Source of the DNA: Octopus vulgaris
Taxonomy: Eukaryota
Assembly (NCBI GenBank): GCA_951406725.2
Contig: OX597822.1
Span: forward strand, 31,496,001 to 31,560,000
Direction: 5' to 3'
Length of the DNA stretch: 64,000 bases
This document shows positions 54,952-64,000 of the stretch, piece after piece. A program made the translations under genes and the position numbers. Position 1 is the stretch's first letter, and the number at the start of each line of letters is the position of its first letter. The notes beneath the pieces were generated by a model. The model had not been told where the DNA came from. It was given only the letters and a program-made list of their open reading frames with translations, and did not search any database.

Positions 54952-55622
54952 TATGTTTGACTTTTGCTTTATATTTGTACAAGTTGGCTCCAAGTCTCAC
55001 CCAGAGACCTCAAGAGACAACAGGGTTGGAAGTTCATGTTGTTGTTATGCCTAGTGTGCCATATATTTGGGGGGTGGGGATGTTGTACTAATGAATGTCT
55101 AAAAAGAAAAAAAAAAGGTTTTTTTTTTTTTTTTTTTTTTTTTAAACCGAAAATTATGTTTGTTTTAAACCTTGAGATTACATAGAGAGTATTTTGCGTA
55201 GGATATGAGCAGTTCCCATGAGCACTATCTTTTGAACTTCTACCATTTTTGGGTTTCCTGGTATCTGAGTTAGGTAGCTATCAGCCCCTTTTGCTATCAT
55301 TCCCAGGGCACCTATGACAACAGGTATTGTTTTAGTCTTCAGCTTCCACATTTTGCTGATTTCTATTTCAAGATCTTTATATTTGCTCAGTTTTTGGTAG
55401 GTCTTGACAGATACGTTTATATCGATTGGGACAGTCATATCAATGAGGAGGCATGTTCTTTGTTTGAAGTTTTTCAATATGATGTCTGGCCTATTTGCAT
55501 CTATCTTCCTGTCAGTTTGAATGGTGAAGTTCCAGAGGAGTGAGATGTGGTCATTTTCAAGCACTGGGGGTGGTTTGTGTTCCCACCAGTTTTTGTCATG
55601 GGGCAAATCCAGGTTTTTACAG
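54949..55622 (-). mobile_element. R4/Dong-type non-LTR retrotransposon 3' part (restriction-like endonuclease domain)
   Basis: Open frame LLWNFTIQTDRKIDANRPDII..CLLIDMTVP..KLSKYKDL..IPVVIGALG; flanked by (AAT)n. Confidence 0.9.
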
Positions 55623-55684
<62 letters not shown>

Positions 55685-55685
<1 letters not shown>

Positions 55686-55830
55686 TGTTTTTGCACAGCT
55701 TCTAACGCTGGAGATGTACTATGGTGCCAGTTGTTCATTATCAGTGAACTAAGGCAACACCCCTTATTTTTCGAGCACCTTCCCAAGTATTTGAGCGGTT
55801 CGAAGCAGTACTGTTTACTGCAGTACTGTT
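55685..55830 (-). mobile_element. 3' end of a second R4/Dong-type subfamily
   Basis: LQ*TVLLRTAQILGKVLEK* is homologous to VQKIVLMGTAHILRKILSM*; different 3' UTR. Confidence 0.7.
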
Positions 55831-56210
55831 TTCTGCATTACTGTTTTCTGCAGTACTGTTTTCTGCATTACTGTTTTCTGCAGTACTGTTTTCTGCATTA
55901 CTGTTTTCTGCATTACAGTTTTCTGCAGTACTGTTTTCCGCATCACTGTTTTCTGCAGCACTGTTTTCTGCATTACTGTTTTCTGCATTACTGTTTTCTG
56001 CAGTACTGTTTTCTGCATCACTGTTTTCTGCATTACTGTTTTCTGCAGTACTGTTTTCTGTAGTACTGTTTTCTGCATTACTGTTTTCTGCATCACTGTT
56101 TTCTGCATCACTGTTTTCTGCATCACTGTTTTCTGCATTACTGTTTTCTGCATTACTGTTTTCTTCATTACTGTTTTCTGCATTACTGTTTTCTATATTA
56201 CTGTTTTCTG
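55806..56210. repeat. 15-bp minisatellite (ctgttttctgca[g/t][t/c]a), about 27 units
   Basis: Direct inspection; the minus strand translates as (QKTV[M/L])n. Confidence 0.95.
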
Positions 56211-56492
56211 TGCTCTATCATTATTGTAAACCCAAATTTGCTCCATATACTTCTCAAGAATTTTACTCACTGTTCTCACGGGTCTGACAATTATTGGTAC
56301 TACTACTTTTTAATGCACCACAACTGCTTGAGCTCACACGCTAGCCTGTCATATCTATCGACTTTTCTCGTGCCACATTTTTTCTCCGTCATGTCCATAC
56401 TTGTTGCAAAGTGTCCAATAAACAATACTTGTCATGGCGTAACTTATATTCTTTCTGGGCCACTGGCGAACATTGACAGGCAATATGCCATA

Positions 56493-56568
<76 letters not shown>

Positions 56569-56684
56569 ATGTGTGTGTGTATGTGTGCGTGTATGTGGGC
56601 GTGTATTCGTAAAAACGGTAAAATAACAAAAGAAAGAAAGGGACCTCAATATTATGTAAATAGAGGATATTTATCTGTAAAATA

Positions 56685-56843
<159 letters not shown>

Positions 56844-56930
56844 AATTTTACTCGAATGGGGCTTTTACATACCGAAATCTACTTGGTGTAATTGATAATT
56901 ATCCCTAATTAATTAATTTCACCCTTTTAT

Positions 56931-56962
<32 letters not shown>

Positions 56963-56982
56963 CATGTGTATAAATATATATG

Positions 56983-57019
<37 letters not shown>

Positions 57020-57038
57020 GTATATATATATATATATG

Positions 57039-57101
<63 letters not shown>

Positions 57102-57132
57102 ACGTATGTGTGTGTGCGTGTGTGTGAAGGTA

Positions 57133-57505
57133 CATTGCTCAGATTTTAAAGCGTTAAGCTTAAGATTGTGATGTTGTGAGTTAGATTCTCGGAGTGGGCT
57201 CCGAGTTGTGTTCTTGAGCAAGACACTTTATTTCCGTTGATCCAGCTCACTCAGCTGTAGAAATGTGTTACCACGCCGCCAGTCGCAAGCTGTTTCGGCC
57301 TTTGCCTTTCTCTTGGATAGCATTAGGTAGTGTGGAGAAGGGAAGTTGGTATGCATGCGCGAACGACTGCTGGTCCTCAAAAAAAAGAAGAATAAAACAA
57401 CGATAGGTTGTGCATTCGCCGGTGCGGCGAGTTTCCGTCCTGACATGCATATCGGAGGGGAACCTCTCATGTACACCCATGGTCATTCGTGATCGACGGA
57501 GTTAA
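57133..57505 (+). mobile_element. SINE family C, long form
   Basis: gttgtgttcttgagcaagacactttattt..ccagctcactcagctg. Confidence 0.75.
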
Positions 57506-58139
57506 GGTACACACACACAGATAAGTAGATAGATAGATAGATATGTACATAAAGGTGCGTCTCTGCTGTTTTGGTGTTACACCGATTTAAACTCCTGTGT
57601 TGTATGCATTGTGTCTTTTTATATCACTTAAACAGGCAGTTTGGCAACAGAATCACTGAAAGAAGTACCAAACTGGTATATGTCAGCTTGATTGGCTAAC
57701 ACTCTTGAAGCCAATCACCTAAAATGGTCTCACTGTAATGCAAGAAATATTATATTTCATTTTAACCTTTTCAAAATATATTTTGTCGTTCTTAATTAAA
57801 GTAACCTTTGCCATCCGATATTTACTTAACATATTTTACGAGATATTTTTCATCAGCAGCTTAAACATTAATCTGTTTGGCATAGGATGTGAAATCAGTC
57901 AATAACAAAGCTTTCCAAATCTTCCTGTGTTTGCTGCTTAAATGTTGTGTCACAGAAAGCTTTTTTTATGTTGCATTTTCCACTCTTTGAGGACAATAAA
58001 ATCTTAACAAACATCCATAAATTATTATTATGCAGTACTAAATTTATGTTGCGTACACTTCTTTTCTAAAAGGCGAATGTATCCAGTAAAATTACTCTGC
58101 ATAGCTAAACGTCAATCACTTAAATTCTTGTTTAATTAA

Positions 58140-58400
58140 AATCAAACTGAATAACTTATAAGCTATCGTTAGGTCTTTTAGATATGGCCATCAAAGTACT
58201 TTAAATCACAACTTTCCCCCCAGAGAATGAGACAGGAGGGGAAAGGTAATGAGATCCTCGATGTACAATGTCAACACCAACAAACTGTATGTTCACGGCT
58301 TTAGATAATTTCTTGATCGGTTTAGCGCATTTGGATAGACCTGGTCCTAAGAAGTGATTTTGTTTGTCACCTTGGGTTTGTTTTGTAACCAAATATTGTT
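58140..58400 (-). mobile_element. Highly decayed Tc1/mariner transposase fragment
   Basis: GSHYLSPPVSFSGGK resembles RSPDLSPPDFFLWG. Confidence 0.35.
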
Positions 58401-58975
58401 TAAAAGCCGCATCTAGAATCTGTTATTTGAATTCTGAGGTTGTTATTTCGTTTCTTGATAGTATATTTTTTATACGGTTCATGATTTCCCTTGCATTCTA
58501 ATACAGTCACTAGAGATTACATCATTACTTTATAAATTATGTTATTTCTTGTGGCTTCCCAGTTTGTCAGCATAACACTAATTCAAAACAACGATATTTA
58601 TCATGTCATGAATTACAGCCTTACAAAAATTCCAGCAACCCAGAATTTATTATGATACATTATGTTTAATGTATATTTCATGCTGGTCGAATAAACTCAT
58701 CCTAAAAAACACTGTCACACCTAGGGATGCCCTCTGACAGAAACGGAAATGGTAGTGTTGGTGACAATCTATTCAAGTGTCAATAATGAAATTAGTATGA
58801 GAGTTGTATTAATTCAAATTTATGTCAGAGGAATAAAAACAATGAAACGGATTATGCCTGCATATGCTTACGTACACGTATAATAAACCCATACATACAT
58901 TCATACAAGCACACTGATAGATACACACAGACTCACGCGAGCGGGTGCGCAGATATACACACACACATACACACA

Positions 58976-59034
<59 letters not shown>

Positions 59035-59635
59035 ATGAACGTATGTATACTTTCAGGCGTGTGGACACCATTCGCTGCGAAAATAATTCCAAGAGAAAAT
59101 TCTTCTCCCAGTGGGCGTGTGAAAACAGTTTGGGCTGTGAATGACGTCCTTCTAGTTCAGGAAGCATGTGTTAATCCCTTCTTTTGGATCAGGTGTTACA
59201 AACACAAAATGTGCCTTCCACCGTATGTGCGATTTGTTCTTATACAATAATCCGAATGTAGTCGAACATATTGAATATGAATTTTACGCGAACTTACTTT
59301 ATTCAGAGATATTTCCGGTGACTGCATGTGATTGTAGCTTGCTGTTCTGATAAAACAGTGCATTATCGTTAACGGGTTGTTAAAGGCAGCTCTGGCCTTA
59401 ATAACTGTCAAAAAGATCTATCTCTCCCTCTCTCTGTATATATATATACAGAGAGAGAGAGAGAGAGAGAACTCTGTGTGTAAGTATGTGGGGGCGCGGG
59501 TACATGCGAATAAGATGTAAACGCCTACAACAAAACTCAGGAGATCAATTAGTCTCAATGATTTGGGACCATTTCAAAGACGATGTAAATATCCTTAGCC
59601 AGAAAGAAATTGATCTTTGCATTATTTATGTTAAA

Positions 59636-59860
59636 ATGGCAGACTAGCACAATCGTTACCGTGTCAGGCGAACAGTTTAGCAGCATTTTTCCCCGTCTTT
59701 ACGTTCTGAGTTCAAATCCCACCGGCCTAGGTCAACTTTGTTTTTCTTTCTTTGAGGGCTCAATAAAATGAGTAGCAGTTGAGGGCTGGGTCCAATGTAA
59801 TTGACGCAACCCCTCCCTCTACCCCCGCCGAAATTACTGGATTTTTCCCAAACCTTGAAA
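59636..59860 (+). mobile_element. Degenerate family-A-related SINE
   Basis: acgttctgagttcaaatcc..ggtcaactttg..aataaaatgagtagcagtt. Confidence 0.7.
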
Positions 59861-60339
59861 GCATTATCTGGCTCTGACAGCCACGATACTGGCTAGCTCT
59901 ATTCCCTAAATTTTAGGCTGTTTACCTATTGTAGAAAGAATTATTTACGTGAAGCAAAACGTCCCACAGGACATATATCAAATGTATAGGCCTAGGCTCA
60001 ATTTACAGCCAGCTTACAACCATATTGTGGAACTACTTTAAATAATGATAAGTTAAATTAAAACAAAATGCTTTCACCTTGAATATTATTGACCAGAGAA
60101 CTGTAAAAATTATATAGCTATCATTTATGGAAATAGATAACTGGTTTCATATGCGTTCATAGAAACCTGGAAAAGTAAGCATACGAAGTGGTAGTTAATA
60201 CAGGGGTGATGGTGTTGGAATAATATGAACTTGAAGAGGGAGATAATTTGGATTGGAGAAATTGTGAAGTATGGCGGAAGGAAGAAAATGGCAGTGAAAG
60301 GAGAAGGCGGAGAGGCGACGAGTAGTGCGGATATGTTTA

Positions 60340-60965
60340 TACATGTGCATGTGTATGAAAGTGTGTGTATATGTGTGTATGTAAGTATGTGTATGTATGT
60401 ATGTTTGAGTGTGTATGTGTGTGTGTGTGTATCGGTGTGAGTGCCTATGTTAATGTGTGTTTATATGTATGTGTATGTGTTCGTGTATATGCATGTGTGT
60501 GTGTGCTAATGTGAGTATATAAGTGTTTACAACAGTGTGAATATGTGCATGCACGCATGTGGGTGTATGTGAGTGTGCGTGTTTAATGTGTGTTTATGTG
60601 TGTGTATGTGTATATGTGTGTATGCGTATAGATGAACGTGTGTGTGTGTATGTATGTGTGTGTGTGTTTGAGTTTGTAGGTGTGTGTATATCGGTGTGAA
60701 TGCCTATGTTAATGTGTGTTTACATGTGTGTGCATGTGTATGTGTGCGTGTATATGCATGTGTTTATGCTAATGTGAGTATATAAATGTGTACAATAGTG
60801 TGAAAAGGTGCATGCACGCATGTGAGTCTATGTGTGTGTTTAAATGTGTGTTTATATGAGTGTATGTTTGTATGCGTATGTGTGTGTATGTATGTGTATG
60901 TGTGTACACTAACGTGCGTATATAGGGCTTTGCATTCGTGTGAATGTGTGTGTGTATGCATGTGT
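60340..60965. repeat. (TG/TA)-rich region with a ~260-bp internal duplication
   Basis: tatcggtgtga.tgcctatgttaatgtgtgttt at 60430 and 60689. Confidence 0.75.
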
Positions 60966-61939
60966 GGAATGATGGACAAAGAGAACATGAGAGAAAAGCA
61001 AATGAGCACGGGAAAGTGTGTGAATTATTACAAAGGTATGAGGTAGGTGAAGAAGAAAAGGAAGAGTGGAGGTATGCAAAGAATGTACTTCTGTGTAAAC
61101 GTGAGTAACAGTGTGAGAAATAGATAGAGGGGGAGGAGGGTAAATAGAGAAGACGTTTTTGTGATAAATACAAGGAATGTAATTTAGGATATGCGAGAGA
61201 AGAATTAGAAAGAGGTGCACACGAGGAAAAGAAAAGAAAGAAGATTGAAAGATAGAAAAAAAAAAGAAAGAAAATGACGATTGAGTTTAGAAAGTAAAAG
61301 GGAAATACAACATGGAAGCTATGAAGAAGATTACAGAGATAGAGAAAAAGGTGGAGATTTTGAAGTTTGAGAGAGTGGTACTGAAAGGAGGGGGGGAAAA
61401 TGAAAAAAAAAAATAGTAACATGTGAAGATTTGTTGTGGTATGAGAATTGGACAAAAAAGAAATGTAAAGATAAAGAGAATGGGGGTGGGGGTGGGGGGT
61501 TTTTCACTCAGAGAGGAATGAAAAGAAAAGGTTAACAAACTGCGTTAATTGGTAGCAATAAACGAAACTACACAGACAAGCCACAGTTGTCTATCTGCAA
61601 GAAATAGCGAGGATATTTGAGTACTTGTTGTTGTCGTGGTTCTTATGGGTTGCTATTAGTCTATGCTTTTTATTCTTTATAATATATTGTTTCTGTTTTT
61701 TTTTGTTTTTTTTTGGTCTTTTGTCTTTCCTTGTTTTGTATGTTGTCTCATTTGATAAATTACAATTTATTTTAAAAAACTACTTCAAATGTTCTCTTTC
61801 TCTTTGAAACAGTCCTTCGCTCCGCCGCAGCCATTACCATCTACACCGTCATTACGCCAACGCGCTACCTTCCTCTCCTCTCCTCGCTGACAACGATTAA
61901 CCAACATCATTCGGTGTGTTAACACCAGCAACAACAACA

Positions 61940-61985
<46 letters not shown>

Positions 61986-62198
61986 AACTGTGTCCTGTAA
62001 ATTAGTGAACAATAAGACTTCCTATGATTGCTTATTGTTGTGCTGAAACAAAGAAAGGTCATAAATACTTGCATGAAGGAAAAATAAATGCAATGTAAAT
62101 GGGCCAATACATACCTACATACATACATACTTCTATTTCTAGTCAGTTGTATATCATGAGCGTTGTTGTCACTCAAGATATAACTTCATAATATGTAC

Positions 62199-62257
<59 letters not shown>

Positions 62258-62973
62258 CATATATATGTTTATGTGTATATATATATATATATTTGTAAGG
62301 TCATTGGGTTCGTAGAAGCAAGGTGCATTAGTCTAAAAGTGTATCACGCCTAGTTTTTTGTTGCTTTTGTATTCATCAAGCTTTAAATTTCACCTTTGTC
62401 TATTTTGAATTTAATCGTCCCATTGTCGCCTTTTAATAAGGGTGATAGACTGAGAAAGCTGTTAAGACGTCATACAAAATGACTAGTGAATTTCTAATTG
62501 CCATACGTAACATTCTGAATTCAAACTCTGCATAGTTCAAAAGGATTAATATTTTTTGTGAGTGCAGTACTGTAAAATAAAATAAAGTAAAGTGCCGCTC
62601 AAATAATGGAAGTCGGCTTAATGGGATAAATGTTCCGCATTCTTGCGGCATTTGTGCTACTGTTAAATGCAGATAAGGAATATAGACGACTAAGTTTGAA
62701 TCATATGTCTTCAGGCTTCCTACGAAAAAGAAAAAAGAAAGCCTGTGATATTTTGCCTGAGTGCGGAACCCGCCTTGTACAATCCTGAGTATGTTGAACA
62801 GAATTCTTAACCAGATTTCTTCCGACTCATTTCTGAGTTCGAAATCCGCCTTACCCCATTTTGTCTTTCATCTTTTAGGAATCAATGAGATGTGTAACCT
62901 CCTGGGCACTGACACTTTCCTCCCAAGTTTCGGACATTTTGCAAATAGCAGAAATGATTTTATTATATTTTTC

Positions 62974-63295
62974 TAGTAGTAGTAGTAGTGGTAATGGTGC
63001 TGGTGGTGGTGGTGGTGGTGGTGCTGCTGCTGGTTATGGAGGTAGTAGTAGTATTGCTAGTGGTGGTGGTGGGTGTAGTAGTAATACTATTGGTGGTGGT
63101 GGTCGTAATATTAGTACTAGTGGTGGTGGTAGTGGTGATGGCAGCAGTAGTAGTACTAGTTGTAGTAATAGAATGTGTGGTGGTAATAGTATTGTTAGCA
63201 GTAGTAGTAGTAGCAGCAGTAGTAGTAGTAGTATCAGTAGTAGTAGTAGCAGTAGTAGTAGTAGCAGTAGTAGTAGTATCAGTAGTAGTAGTAGC

Positions 63296-63350
<55 letters not shown>
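62974..63350. repeat. (GGT/AGT/AGC)n triplet microsatellite
   Basis: Direct inspection. Confidence 0.9.
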
Positions 63351-63812
63351 AGCGCAGCGACGAATTACTTGGTGGTACTTCTGATGACCTTACTATTTCT
63401 CAGCTCATAATCTACAGCCTGGTTTAATGTTATATTTCGTCTCTCCGGGCTCGATTGTAATAGAATACAAATCAATTACTGCGAACGATATAATCGATGA
63501 AACCGCTCCAGGCCAATCAGCTGTAAAATGGCTGACCCTACATCGCTCCGCTTCTCAATCTAGCAGGAATGTCGTGATCCTTGTAAGCCATGGAGACCTG
63601 CTAGCCGGCCTTATGAGTCCTAGGACTCGTGATAGTATCGTCTATGGGTCGTTGTTGTTAATGCTGTTGTTGCTGATGATGTTGTTGTTGATGATGATGA
63701 TGAGGATAATGATCATCATCATCGTGGTCATGATCATGATGATGACTGTGATGATGATGGTGATGCTGATGTGATAGTGTTGTTGATGGTAATGATGCTG
63801 CTGCTGCTGATA

Positions 63813-63854
<42 letters not shown>

Positions 63855-64000
63855 ATGATATTACGACTCGCATTATAGTAACATTCCGTCTGGGTAGCCT
63901 ACGACTGGAAAAAATTATCTTTCTTATATACCCCCCCCCCACCAAATGGAAAATCGAAAAGTACATTTTTCTTTTAACGTTATACATTCCCACATGGTCT

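Noticed and set aside
55806-56210. Regular repeat array as a CRISPR or a repeat-protein gene
   Set aside because: No unique spacers, eukaryotic context, and the unit derives from the adjacent LINE end.
59057-59250. Possible exon GVWTPFAAKIIPRENSSPSGRVKTVWAV after a tttcag acceptor
   Set aside because: No recognisable homology and no partner exons.

Overview
AT-rich, microsatellite-saturated eukaryotic genomic DNA. The tRNA-derived SINE families and the (TA)n/(AAT)n load point to an Octopus (coleoid cephalopod) genome; this is an inference. No intact protein-coding gene is visible, and almost all ORF-track entries are microsatellite artefacts. The main hidden structure is a ~30-kb, multi-exon, decayed CFAP57/WDR65-like motile-cilia gene on the minus strand (~5100-34946). 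Its exon remnants occur in the correct protein order but carry stops, frameshifts, in-exon microsatellites and a SINE insertion. Its ATG lies inside a still near-consensus RFX X-box, next to NRF1 and ETS motifs. An intronless CHK1 kinase fragment sits antisense in its largest intron. The rest is transposon debris: three SINE families, CR1/RTE/R4-Dong-type LINE ends, mariners and Helitrons. There are also (TA)n-embedded palindromes with minimal hammerhead-ribozyme cores (Penelope-like), a fold-back SINE, and a 15-bp minisatellite derived from a LINE ORF end. Protein comparisons use reference sequences recalled from memory, not database searches.
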